A stretch of DNA of 64,000 nt from Xanthobacteraceae bacterium (lineage in GTDB: Bacteria; Pseudomonadota; Alphaproteobacteria; Rhizobiales; Xanthobacteraceae). Below are positions 1-10,547 of this stretch, piece after piece; the first letter of the stretch is position 1, and every line of letters starts with the position of its first letter. The notes beneath the pieces were generated by a model. It was not told where the DNA came from. It searched no databases and saw only the letters and a program-made list of their open reading frames with translations. The position numbers and the translations under genes were made by a program. The DNA lies in the NCBI GenBank assembly GCA_051985675.1, contig JBPYFJ010000027.1, positions 613 to 64,612 of the forward strand, given 5' to 3'.

Positions 1-1108
1 GTCCTACGCGGTGATTTTCGTCGGCGCCATTCTGGGCGCGATCACCGGCACGGTCGCCGCCTCGGTCATCGCCATGGGCGTAATCTCGATGCAGCCGATG
101 ATCAAATACGGCTACTCGGTCCGCCATACCATGGGCGTGATCGCAGCGTCGGGCACCATCACCCAGCTGATCCCGCCCTCGCTGGTGCTGGTCGTGCTCG
201 CCGATCAGCTCGGACGCTCGGTCGGCGACATGTATGCGGGCGCGATCGGGCCGAGCATCATCCAGCTCGCGCTGTTCTGCCTGTTCGTGCTCGGCGTCAG
301 CTACGTGCGGCCCAAGGATGTCCCGGCGCTGCCGGCGGAAGCGCGCACCCTGTACGGCTGGAAGCTGTGGTACAAATGCCTGCGCGGGATCATCCCGTCA
401 CTTGGCCTGATCTTCCTGGTTCTGGGCACGATCTTCCTGGGCCTCGCCACTCCGACCGAAGCCGGCGCCATGGGCGCGGTCGGCGCGATCGCGCTCGCCG
501 CGTTTCAGCGCACGCTCACCTGGCCGTTGCTCTATCAGGGCATGGCGTCGACCATGCGGATCACCGCGATGGTCGTCTATATCCTGATCGGCGCGCGCGT
601 GTTCAGCCTGGTGTTCCAGGGTGTCGGCGGCAAGGTCTGGATTGAGGATCTACTCACTTCGCTGCCGGGCGGGCAGGTCGGGTTCCTGGTGTTCGTCAAC
701 GCCTTCATTTTTGTGGTCGCGTTCTTTCTCGATTTCTTCGAGATCGCCTTCATCATCATCCCGCTGCTGGCGCCCGCGGCCGATCGGCTGGGAATCGATC
801 TGATCTGGTTCGGGGTCCTGATCTGCGCCAACATCCAGACCAGCTTCATGCACCCGCCGTTTGGTTTCGCGCTGTTCTACCTGCGCGGCATCTCGCCGCC
901 GTCAATCAAAACGGCGGACATCTACTGGGGAGCGATCCCCTGGGTGTTTCTCCAGGTCATCCTGGTCGTCATCGTGATCTTCTGGCCGGGCTCGGTGACT
1001 TACTGGATCGACAGCGGGAAGAAGATCGATCCGAACAGCATCAAGATCGAGATCGAGCAGCCGGATTTGCCGCCGATCGATTTCAGCACGCCGCCGAAGA
1101 TCCAGTAG
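1..1108 (+). CDS. TRAP transporter large permease subunit (DctM family), 5'-partial
   Basis: The ORF runs off the left edge of the window. It is highly hydrophobic and polytopic, with DctM-like stretches (GVIAASGTITQLIPPS, FGVLICANIQTSFMHPPFG). Confidence 0.85.
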   Translation, partial: SYAVIFVGAILGAITGTVAASVIAMGVISMQPMIKYGYSVRHTMGVIAASGTITQLIPPSLVLVVLADQLGRSVGDMYAGAIGPSIIQLALFCLFVLGVSYVRPKDVPALPAEARTLYGWKLWYKCLRGIIPSLGLIFLVLGTIFLGLATPTEAGAMGAVGAIALAAFQRTLTWPLLYQGMASTMRITAMVVYILIGARVFSLVFQGVGGKVWIEDLLTSLPGGQVGFLVFVNAFIFVVAFFLDFFEIAFIIIPLLAPAADRLGIDLIWFGVLICANIQTSFMHPPFGFALFYLRGISPPSIKTADIYWGAIPWVFLQVILVVIVIFWPGSVTYWIDSGKKIDPNSIKIEIEQPDLPPIDFSTPPKIQ

Positions 1109-1156
1109 TTCGACGGCCTCGCTGCGCAGGCAACGAGGCCGCATGTCTTGTGCGCG

Positions 1157-2245
1157 TCAAGCGCGCGTGCGCATGCGCATCATGAAACTGTCGTAGGAAA
1201 GCTCGGCGACCTGGAGCCATTGGTAGGAATCGCTGCGGTAGGTGGTCAGGCTGTCGAGCATGCGCTTGAACATCGGGTTGGTCTGCGCGATCTCGGCGTA
1301 GAGCTCGTTCGCCGCCTTGTAGCAGGCCTCCATCACCGGCTGTGGGAATGCGCGCAGTTCGGCGCCGGTCGCGACCAGGCGCCTTACGGCCTGCGGGTTC
1401 TGGACGTCGTACTTCGCCGTCATCCACACACCGGCTTCGCGGCCACAGGCCTGGATGAGCGCCTGGTACTGTTTGGGAAGTTCATTCCACTTGGCGAGGT
1501 TGACCAGCAGGTGCGGCTGGGCTCCGCCTTCCCACCAACCCGGATAGTAGTAGTACTTGGCGACTTTGACGAAGCCGAGCTTTTCGTCGTCGTAGGGGCC
1601 GACCCATTCGGCCGCGTCGATCGTCCCCTTCTCTAGTGCGGGAAAGATATCGCCGGCCGCCAGTTGCTGCGGAACCAGGCCGAGCTTGCCGACGATGCGT
1701 CCGGCGAAGCCGCCGATCCGCATCTTGAGCCCGGACAGGTCCTCGACCGATTTGATCTCCCGGCGGAACCAGCCACCCATCTGGCACGTCGTGTTGCCGG
1801 TTGGCATGCCCCAGACGTTGTAGGTGGCGAAGAATTCGTTGAGCAGGTCCATCCCGCCGGCATGTTCCTGCCAGGCCTCCTGCTGACGGGTGTTGAGGCC
1901 GAAGGGAAGCGCAGTCCCGAACGTGAAGCAGGGATCCTTGCCGAAGTAGTAGTAGCTCGCGGTGTGGCCCATCTCCACGGTTCCGTTCTGCACGGCGTCA
2001 AGCACCTGCAACCCGGGAACGATCTCGCCGGCGGCGAACACCTGGATCTGGAACTTGTTGTCGGTGATCTCGGCGATGCGCTTGGCCATGTACTCGGGAC
2101 AGCCGTAAAGCGTGTCGAGCGATTTCGGCCAACTCGCGGTCAGCCGCCACTTGATCTCAGGCATGGATTACGCGATGGCCGGCGCAGCAACCGCCGAGCC
2201 GGCGAGGCCGACACCGGCCGCCTTCAGGAATTCACGACGTTTCAT
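1157..2245 (-). pseudogene. TRAP transporter substrate-binding protein (DctP family) interrupted by an in-frame TAA just after the Tat signal peptide
   Basis: ATG at 2245 opens [25 protein letters not shown]. An in-frame TAA follows (2170-2168), then S-MPEIKWRLTASWPKSLD... runs to the stop at 1157. The paralog at 2414-3502 has CAA (Gln) at the same position. Confidence 0.7.
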
Positions 2246-2413
2246 GGCGTTTCCCCTCGGGTTGTCATCGGTCCGCCGACTCGAGGAGAATTATTTCGTC
2301 GCATTCCCGCCGTTGTCGGCGGCCGACGCCGCGATTGTAGGACGAGGCGCGGGAAAGAAGAAAGGCCCCGAAGCCGCGCCTCGGGGCCTTTTGCATATTC
2401 TACTTTCGAACGA

Positions 2414-3502
<1,089 letters not shown>

Positions 3503-3674
3503 TCACTCCTCCCAGAGAGTTGATTTTCAAGGAAATACGGACCCGGACGTGGCGCCCGGATAACACGAAAGGGAGGTCGGTGGGAGCCCAAAATGCGCCC
3601 GGTATGCGACCAATTGCGCTCTTCAGGGTGTGTGCGCCGCGACGGTCGGCCCAGGTCTAACCCGATCCGCGGGC

Positions 3675-5012
3675 CTATTTGGTCACGTCGACGTTAAGTT
3701 CCATCTTCGGATGGATGCCGCAGAACACCAGAAACGATCCGGTTGCCGGAAACGCGATCTCGACGGTTTCGCCGGGCTCCTGCGCGCCGGAATCGAACTC
3801 GAGCTTCGGATCAAACACACGCACATTGTGGGTGCGGGAATCGTTGTTGAGGATCCACAGGTGCGAGCCTGCTTTGATCTTCACGTGCGTCGGGCTGAAC
3901 TGCTTCTCGCGCTGCGAGATCGTGGTGACGTCGACCGCGGCGCCGTCCGGTCGTATCGTCTCGGCGCTGATCGTCGCCGGCGGCTGCGGATCATCGTCCG
4001 CGGACAGCGTCGCGAGAAAGGCGAGCAGAGCGGAGCGCTCCTCACTGGAGAGCGAGAGCCTGCGCACCAGATCCGGCGCCACGCTCTTGCGCTCGACCAC
4101 GCCCTGCTCGTAGTGGCGCAGCACGTCGTCGAGGCTCGCCAACGACCCGTCATGCATGTACGGCTCCGAGCGCTTGAGCTCGCGCAGCCCCGGCGTCTTG
4201 AACGCGTGGTCGGCGGCGGCAAGGTGCAACACCGCGCCGCGGCCGCGATCCGCATCGGGCAAGCCGATGTCGTAGAAATTGCCGTCGGTGAAGGCGAAGC
4301 CGGTATGGCAATTGACGCAGCCGGCCTTGCCGGCAAACAGCCTGAACCCGTCGACCTCCTGGGGCGTCAGCGCCTTGTCATCGCCGTCGACCCACCGGTC
4401 GAAGCGGGTCGGCGGTGACACGAGCGTGCGCTCGTAGGTCGCGATCGCCTTGGCCAGGTTCTCGTCACTGACCTTGGGATCCTGCGGAAACGCCTTGGCG
4501 AAGGCCTGCCGGTAATCGGGATCGGCGGCGAGCCGCGCGATCAGCGGCGCTTTCGGCTGCGCCATCTCGTCGGGCGATTCGATCGGACCAAACACTTGCT
4601 GCTCGAGATTTCGAGCGCGCCCGTCCCAGAACACCGGATGCGCCCACGCGAGGTTCCACAACGTCGGCGTATGACGGCCAAGCCGCTGGCCGGATACGCC
4701 GGTGCCGCGCTCGCGACCGTCGGCGAAGCCTTTCTCGCGGATGTGGCAGGTCGCGCACGCCGTGCTGCCGTCAACCGAAAGCTTCGGATCGTGAAACAGC
4801 TTTTCACCGAGGCTGCGCTTGGCTTGCGTGAACGCATTGTCGGTGGGGAATGGAACGGCCGGCGGCCGGCGGAACGCTGCTTTGAGCGCCGCCAGATCCG
4901 GCTCGGTCCCGGATTGAGCCGCCAAGGCCGCCAGTCCGCCCGCCGCCGCGCCGGCGAGAAACGCGGCGCCCAGCAGCATCGGCAGCGGTCGGATCGACAT
5001 CAGCCTCGTCAC
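3675..5012 (-). CDS. Di-heme cytochrome c peroxidase / MauG-family protein with C-terminal cupredoxin (amicyanin-like) domain
   Basis: Signal peptide and two CXXCH heme motifs (CATCH, CVNCH). The C-terminal ~95 aa carry type-1 Cu ligands: His in THNVRVF and CGIHPKM (C-x2-H-x2-M). GTG start overlaps the upstream stop (GTGA). Confidence 0.8.
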   Translation of the reverse strand: MTRLMSIRPLPMLLGAAFLAGAAAGGLAALAAQSGTEPDLAALKAAFRRPPAVPFPTDNAFTQAKRSLGEKLFHDPKLSVDGSTACATCHIREKGFADGRERGTGVSGQRLGRHTPTLWNLAWAHPVFWDGRARNLEQQVFGPIESPDEMAQPKAPLIARLAADPDYRQAFAKAFPQDPKVSDENLAKAIATYERTLVSPPTRFDRWVDGDDKALTPQEVDGFRLFAGKAGCVNCHTGFAFTDGNFYDIGLPDADRGRGAVLHLAAADHAFKTPGLRELKRSEPYMHDGSLASLDDVLRHYEQGVVERKSVAPDLVRRLSLSSEERSALLAFLATLSADDDPQPPATISAETIRPDGAAVDVTTISQREKQFSPTHVKIKAGSHLWILNNDSRTHNVRVFDPKLEFDSGAQEPGETVEIAFPATGSFLVFCGIHPKMELNVDVTK

Positions 5013-5869
5013 ATCAGTTTGGCCGACGCCTTTTGGATCGCCGCGACGTCGGTAGCCACGGCGGCCGCACTCTTGACCGGCACCTTGGGCGGAACCGGTG
5101 CGGGCCAGACCTTTTTGAGCTGCGCGAGCCTGTTTTGCACGGTCTTGCGCGCGTCCGCGTCCTTGCGCCCGAGCTCGCTCGCGACGCTGTCAATCATCCG
5201 CTCGGCCTGCCACACGAAGCCGCGCGAGTCCTGATATTCGACCGGCTTGGCGATGCGGCCCTTCACGATCGCCCCTTCGTATTCATTGGCCGCGGCCTTG
5301 AGCGCCATGATCGCGGTCGCCATCACGAAGTTCGGCCAATCCTTTTCCTTCGCCTTGAGCCCGGTATCACCGGCGGCGAGCGCCGCCATGACCGGCTCGA
5401 GCGTCGCGGCGTAGTCCGCGCCGCTCTTTTGTTTCACCGCATCGGCGAGCTTGAGCAAGGCGCTGTCGAACGGCGGTGTGCCGTAGTCCGCAACCTTGTC
5501 CTTGATTGGGCCGTAGAGCTCTTCGGTCGGATGCAGGAAATGCGGCAGCGCCGCGTCCCATTGTCCGGCCCTGACCAGCTCGTCGCCGACCAGCAGGTGG
5601 CCGCGGATCAATGCGAGCGTGAGCGCGAACTGAAAATCCGGCGGCAGATCGGCCGGCACCCCGGCCTCGCCCGCTTCCCCGCCGGCCGGCATGTTGTGCT
5701 GCGCCAGGATCCAATGCGGGTTCGCCGTCGGCTGGGCGGACCCGACCCGCGAACCGTGATGAGGCACCACCCCAGCGGTCGCGGCCGGCGTCGCGCCCTG
5801 CGCCAGCGCCGCCGCGCTTCCGCTTACAAACAAACCGACGCCGATCCAGATCTTGGTGGTTGACTTCAT
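5009..5869 (-). CDS. Exported hypothetical protein (helical, Ala-rich), translationally coupled to the peroxidase
   Basis: 286 aa with Sec-type signal MKSTTKIWIGVGLFVSGSAAALAQG. 4-nt overlap with the downstream gene. No family recognised. Confidence 0.6.
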   Translation of the reverse strand: MKSTTKIWIGVGLFVSGSAAALAQGATPAATAGVVPHHGSRVGSAQPTANPHWILAQHNMPAGGEAGEAGVPADLPPDFQFALTLALIRGHLLVGDELVRAGQWDAALPHFLHPTEELYGPIKDKVADYGTPPFDSALLKLADAVKQKSGADYAATLEPVMAALAAGDTGLKAKEKDWPNFVMATAIMALKAAANEYEGAIVKGRIAKPVEYQDSRGFVWQAERMIDSVASELGRKDADARKTVQNRLAQLKKVWPAPVPPKVPVKSAAAVATDVAAIQKASAKLM

Positions 5870-5990
5870 TGCGCGGCCTCAAGAACGTGGCGTCAAGCGG
5901 TAGCGTCTTGGATGGCGCCGGACAATAGGTGCGCCTGCGCGATATCGTCCAATCCAGACGCTGTTTATAGCTATTCCAATCGGGCAGAAG

Positions 5991-6647
5991 ATGCAGATCG
6001 TCATTGGCAACGTGCTGTCGGCAGCCGACCTCGACAGTGTGCGGCACGCGCTTGCGAGCGTGCACTTTGTCAACGGCCGGGAGACCGCCGGGTTTGCGGC
6101 GCGCACTGTCAAACATAACCTGCAAGCCACAACCGAGCCGGCACTCGAGCGCATCCGCACGATGGTGACCGAGCGCATTCTAGCCAACGAGGTCTTCGGG
6201 CTTGCGGTGCGGCCAAAGGCCTTGTCGCTGATGTTCTCGCGCTACGATTGCGGCATGCGCTACGGCGCGCACGTCGATGATGCCATCATGCACGGCATGC
6301 GCGCCGATGTGGCCTTCACGTTGTTCCTGTCGGACCCGCAGAGCTACGATGGCGGCGAACTCATCGTTGATACCGCAGCGGGCGAGGACGCGACCAAGCT
6401 TGCGGCCGGCGCGCTTGTCGCCTATCCGGCGACCAGCCTGCATCGCGTCGCCGAGGTGACGCGCGGGACGCGGCTCGCCGCGGTCGGCTGGGCGCGCAGC
6501 TTCGTGCGCGATGCGGCGCAGCGCGAGTTGTTGTTTGATCTCGACACGGCACGACGCAAGCTGTTCGCGCAACAGGGCGCGACCGCGGAGATCGACTTGC
6601 TGTCGAAATCGCTCGCCAACCTGATGCGGATGTGGGCGGAGGATTAG
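5991..6647 (+). CDS. Fe(II)/2-oxoglutarate-dependent PKHD-type hydroxylase (PiuC/YbiX family)
   Basis: 218 aa. N-terminus IGNVLSAADLD...FVNGRETAG...VKHNLQ and the HVDD iron-ligand region are typical of YbiX/PiuC. Confidence 0.8.
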   Translation: MQIVIGNVLSAADLDSVRHALASVHFVNGRETAGFAARTVKHNLQATTEPALERIRTMVTERILANEVFGLAVRPKALSLMFSRYDCGMRYGAHVDDAIMHGMRADVAFTLFLSDPQSYDGGELIVDTAAGEDATKLAAGALVAYPATSLHRVAEVTRGTRLAAVGWARSFVRDAAQRELLFDLDTARRKLFAQQGATAEIDLLSKSLANLMRMWAED

Positions 6648-6740
6648 CGCATGTCCCGGAAAAGTGGATACCGGTTTTCCGAAAAGGACATGCGCAAAAC
6701 ACAAAGACTCTAGCGCGTATCCGCTTCGGGATGCGCTCTA
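6647..6740. repeat. REP-like compound hairpin between convergent genes
   Basis: GCGCATGTCC (6647-6656) pairs perfectly with GGACATGCGC (6686-6695). It encloses CGGAAAA...TTTTCCG. A second imperfect palindrome, CTCTAGCGC...GCGCTCTAG, follows. Confidence 0.5.
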
Positions 6741-7883
6741 GGCCTCGATCACGATCTTGGGCGCCGGCTTGCTTGCGCCGGCGAGCCCTGCGCGGACGCG
6801 CGCGGCGATCTCGCGATAGATCCTGGCGTGCGCGCCGTCCGGCTCGGTCGCCACCACCGGCAGGCCGGCGTCGGACTTCTCCCGGATCGCCATGTGCAGC
6901 GGCACCTCGCCCAGGAACGGGACGCCCTGCCGCTCGGCCTCGTGCTGCGCGCCGCCGTGACCAAAGATGTCCGCCCGGGTCCCGCATTCCGGGCACTGGA
7001 AGTAGCTCATGTTCTCGACGATGCCGAGCACCGGCACGTTGACGCGCCGGAACATGCCGATGCCGCGGCGCGCGTCGACCAGCGCGAGGTCCTGCGGGGT
7101 CGACACGATCACCGCGCCCTTGAGCGGCACCTGCTGCGCCATGGTCAGCTGTGCGTCGCCGGTGCCCGGCGGCATGTCGACCACCAGCACGTCGAGCGCG
7201 CCCCACTCGACCTCGCGCAGCATCTGCGTCAACGCCGACATCACCATCGGGCCGCGCCAGATCATCGGCGTTTCCTCCTCGATGAGGAAGCCGATCGACA
7301 TGACCTTGAGGCCGTAGCCTTCCATCGGGCGCAGGCGGGTGCCGCCGATTGTCTGCGGCTTGCCGCGGATGGCGAGGAGCTTGGGCACCGAGGGTCCGTA
7401 GATGTCGGCATCGAGCACGCCGACCTTCAACCCGAGGTCGCGCAATCCGAGGGCAAGGTTGACGGCGGTGGTGGATTTGCCGACGCCGCCCTTCCCCGAT
7501 GCGACCGCGATGATCGCCTCGACCCCCGGCACCGCCGGCTGCTGTCCGACGGGCGCACGGCCGTGCGGCCGCGCACCGGGGGGCGGCGCTGCCGGCGGAC
7601 GCGCCGCGGGAGGCGCGGCCGGCGGGCGCGCGCCGGTCGAGCGTTCGCCGGTGAGCGCCACCATCGCGGAGACGACGCCCGGCACGGCGCGAACCGCAGC
7701 CTCGGCCGCTTTGCGCACCGGTTCCCAAGCCGGCACCACCGCGGCGTCGACCGTGATTGAAAAGAACACCTTGCCGTCGGTGACAATCACGTCCGACAGC
7801 TTGCCGGTCGCCGGCAGCGCGGCACCGTCCGGGCTCGCCACCCGCGCGAGCGCGCTTAGAACATCCGACTTCTCGACCGCCAT
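6738..7883 (-). CDS. apbC: Iron-sulfur cluster carrier ATPase Mrp/ApbC
   Basis: Starts MAVEKSDVLSAL (DUF59-like N-domain), then a Pro/Ala-rich linker, then the P-loop SGKGGVGKST and CPECG motif. The annotated 738-aa ORF is a read-through artefact. Confidence 0.85.
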   Translation of the reverse strand: MAVEKSDVLSALARVASPDGAALPATGKLSDVIVTDGKVFFSITVDAAVVPAWEPVRKAAEAAVRAVPGVVSAMVALTGERSTGARPPAAPPAARPPAAPPPGARPHGRAPVGQQPAVPGVEAIIAVASGKGGVGKSTTAVNLALGLRDLGLKVGVLDADIYGPSVPKLLAIRGKPQTIGGTRLRPMEGYGLKVMSIGFLIEEETPMIWRGPMVMSALTQMLREVEWGALDVLVVDMPPGTGDAQLTMAQQVPLKGAVIVSTPQDLALVDARRGIGMFRRVNVPVLGIVENMSYFQCPECGTRADIFGHGGAQHEAERQGVPFLGEVPLHMAIREKSDAGLPVVATEPDGAHARIYREIAARVRAGLAGASKPAPKIVIEA

Positions 7884-7994
7884 GCGAACTCTCCGGGGCA
7901 ACCCGCCTTGATCTAATACGGTGTCCCTGGGTTGACGAGACCCCCGGCACCATGAACTTTGCGGATTTGTAAAAGCGGCGCGAAGGAGGAAGCG

Positions 7995-8864
7995 ATGGCG
8001 AAGGTTGCGTTCCTGGGTCTCGGCGTCATGGGCTACCCCATGGCAGGACACCTGAAGACCAAAGGCGGCCACGAGGTCACCGTCTACAATCGCACCGCTG
8101 CCAAGGCACAGAAGTGGGTTGAGCAGTTCGGCGGCCGCAGCGCCAAGACCCCGAAGGAGGCCGCCGCCGATCAGGATTTCGTCATGGTCTGCGTCGGCAA
8201 CGACAACGACCTGCGCGAGGTCGTGCTCGGTCCCAATGGCGCCATGCACGGTGTCAAGCGCGGGGGAATGCTCGTCGACCACACCACCGCCTCGGCCGAG
8301 CTCGCGCGCGAATTTCATGCCGAGGCCAAGCGGCGCGGCTTTGATTTCATCGACGCGCCGGTGTCCGGCGGCCAGGCCGGCGCCGAGAACGGCGTGCTCA
8401 CGGTCATGTGCGGCGGCGATCCCGAACCGTTCGGACGAGCCGAGAAAGTGATCGCCGCCTATGCGCGCGCCTGCACGCTGATCGGCGCGTCGGGCTCGGG
8501 GCAGCTCGCCAAGATGGTCAATCAGATCTGCATCGCCGGCACGGTGCAGGGCCTCGCCGAAGGTCTGCATTTTGCCAAGCGCGCCGGCCTCGATATCGAA
8601 AAACTGATGGCGACCATCTCCAAGGGCGCCGCGCAGTCCTGGCAGATGGAGAACCGCTACAAGACCATGGTCGCTGGCAAGTTCGACTTCGGCTTCGCGG
8701 TGGACTGGATGCGCAAGGACCTGGCGATCTGCTTTGCCGAGGCCAACCGCAACGGGGCGCTGCTGCCGATGAGCGCGCTGGTCGATCAGTTCTATGCCGA
8801 GGTACAGAAAATGGGCGGCAAGCGCTGGGACACCTCGAGCCTGATCGCGCGGCTGGAGCGCTGA
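7995..8864 (+). CDS. NAD(P)-dependent oxidoreductase, 3-hydroxyisobutyrate dehydrogenase family
   Basis: MAKVAFLGLGVMGYPMAGHL Rossmann motif. AAGGAGGA Shine-Dalgarno lies 5 nt upstream of the ATG at 7995. Confidence 0.85.
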   Translation: MAKVAFLGLGVMGYPMAGHLKTKGGHEVTVYNRTAAKAQKWVEQFGGRSAKTPKEAAADQDFVMVCVGNDNDLREVVLGPNGAMHGVKRGGMLVDHTTASAELAREFHAEAKRRGFDFIDAPVSGGQAGAENGVLTVMCGGDPEPFGRAEKVIAAYARACTLIGASGSGQLAKMVNQICIAGTVQGLAEGLHFAKRAGLDIEKLMATISKGAAQSWQMENRYKTMVAGKFDFGFAVDWMRKDLAICFAEANRNGALLPMSALVDQFYAEVQKMGGKRWDTSSLIARLER

Positions 8865-8877
8865 GACGCGCCGGCGC

Positions 8878-9489
8878 TTATGCGGCCGCGCTCGGACGCG
8901 CCGAAATCTCGGCATGCCAGCGCAGGACATTGCGCAAGTCGTCGCCGACCGCAAGCCGCGCGGGCTTCATGACATCGATGGCGACAAGTCCGGTGATATC
9001 AGCGACGGTGAAGCGATCACCCGCCACGTAAGGGCGCGTCGCCAGCTCGCCGTCGAGCAGCCGCAGAAATTGCTCGACGCGCGGCTTGTTGGCTTCGCCC
9101 CAGGCTGCGACCTGCGGGTTCTCGAGCGCTTTCATGCCGGGGTTGAGATGGCGAAGCACCTGCGCCACGCCGAACAGCAGCTTGTGCTCCATTCGCCGGT
9201 TCCACATTTCGACCATGGCGGCATCGAGCCCAGGACGCCCGAACAGCGCCGGCTCGGGTTTGAGCGCTTCGAAATAGCGACAGATCGCGATCGATTCCGT
9301 GATCACCGTGCCGTCGTCGAGAACGAGGCTCGGCAGCTGCTGCAACGGGTTGATCGCCGTATAGGCCGGCCCCTTGTGCTCGAGCTTGCTAAGATCGACC
9401 TGCTGCTTGTCGATCTCGATGCCTTTTTCGGCCAAAAAGATGCGCACGCGCCGCGGATTGGGAGCGCGGCCGCCGTCGTAGAGCTTCAT
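8878..9489 (-). CDS. Glutathione S-transferase family protein
   Basis: MKLYDGGRAPNPRRVRIFLAEKGI...LPSLVLDDGTVITESIAICRYFE is a typical GST N-domain. Confidence 0.85.
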   Translation of the reverse strand: MKLYDGGRAPNPRRVRIFLAEKGIEIDKQQVDLSKLEHKGPAYTAINPLQQLPSLVLDDGTVITESIAICRYFEALKPEPALFGRPGLDAAMVEMWNRRMEHKLLFGVAQVLRHLNPGMKALENPQVAAWGEANKPRVEQFLRLLDGELATRPYVAGDRFTVADITGLVAIDVMKPARLAVGDDLRNVLRWHAEISARPSAAA

Positions 9490-9635
9490 GAGTGCGTGTC
9501 CTCGACTACCGCGGGCATCTAAGGGCCATATTAAGGAATTGCCGCCACCATTGGGATGGGGCAAGGGCATCACAGTTCGGGAGCGGGCGGCAATCGTCCG
9601 CTTGGCCTATTCCGGGAAATGCCTATGTTGACCAC

Positions 9636-9821
9636 ATGCCGATTGAGTCCCCCTGCACCAAGATTTGCACACTCCATCCCATCTTGCGCATTTGCATCGG
9701 TTGCGGGCGTGACCTCGCCGAAATCGAACGCTGGTCACAGCTCTCGGCGCACGAGCGGGCCGCGGTGATGACCACGGCGCGGCTGCGTCTCGGCGAGCTC
9801 TCACGCGATCCGTCGGCGTGA
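9636..9821 (+). CDS. DUF1289 (YdhL-like) Cys-rich small protein
   Basis: MPIESPCTKICTLHPILRICIGCGRDLAEIERW matches the DUF1289 cysteine pattern. Confidence 0.6.
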   Translation: MPIESPCTKICTLHPILRICIGCGRDLAEIERWSQLSAHERAAVMTTARLRLGELSRDPSA

Positions 9822-9833
9822 CCCGAGGCACCC

Positions 9834-10535
9834 ATGCGGCATGCGCTTCTTTGGATCTTGTTGCTCGGGCTCGCCCTCGCCGTCGTGGTCATGGCCACTG
9901 GGAACGGCCAGGGCACAATCGGCGACCTGACGAGCGGTGATTTTGCCTCGCTGCTCGTCAACGTTGCGTGGCTGGTTCTGATCGCCGGCGTGCTGATCGC
10001 ATTGTTCCGCGACCGGCTGACCAAAGCGCTCGAAGCCGCCGTGCTCTGGATCGTGATCGCCCTGCTGCTGATGCTCGGTTATACTTATCGCTTCCAGCTG
10101 CACGACATCGCCGACCAAGTGATGGCGGAGCTCGTTCCGGGGCGGATCGCCGACAGTGGACGCACGGTGGCGCTGGCGCGCGCCCAGTCGAGCGATTTCC
10201 AGATTACGACCGACGTCAACGGCCACACCATTCCGATGATCCTCGACACCGGCGCGAGCTCGGTCGTGCTGACCAACGAGGCCGCCAAGGCGGTCGGCCT
10301 GCCGGTCGAGGTGATCAAATATACGGTGAACATTGCGACCGCCAATGGTCACACCAAGGCCGCCGAGGTGACGCTCGATCGCGTCGCGGTCGGCAGCATC
10401 GTGGAGCGCTCGGTGCCCGCCTTGATCGCGCAACCCGGCCAGCTTAAGACCAGCCTGCTCGGCATGAGCTTTCTCAACCGGCTGCAGAGCTGGGAAGTGC
10501 GCGGCGACAAGCTGGTGCTGCGCGGATATCCCTAG
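9834..10535 (+). CDS. Membrane-anchored retropepsin-like (clan AA, TIGR02281-type) aspartic protease
   Basis: N-terminal TM helices followed by the ILDTGASSVVL active-site motif and C-terminal LLGMSFL. Confidence 0.7.
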   Translation: MRHALLWILLLGLALAVVVMATGNGQGTIGDLTSGDFASLLVNVAWLVLIAGVLIALFRDRLTKALEAAVLWIVIALLLMLGYTYRFQLHDIADQVMAELVPGRIADSGRTVALARAQSSDFQITTDVNGHTIPMILDTGASSVVLTNEAAKAVGLPVEVIKYTVNIATANGHTKAAEVTLDRVAVGSIVERSVPALIAQPGQLKTSLLGMSFLNRLQSWEVRGDKLVLRGYP

Positions 10536-10547
10536 AGCGTGATCGTG

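Noticed and set aside
6738-8954. 738-aa minus-strand ORF spanning apbC and beyond
   Set aside because: Only the C-terminal 381 aa (from the ATG at 7883) look like Mrp/ApbC. The N-terminal half is antisense to the well-supported dehydrogenase gene (7995-8864) and has shadow-ORF composition (Arg/Ala/Gly-rich).
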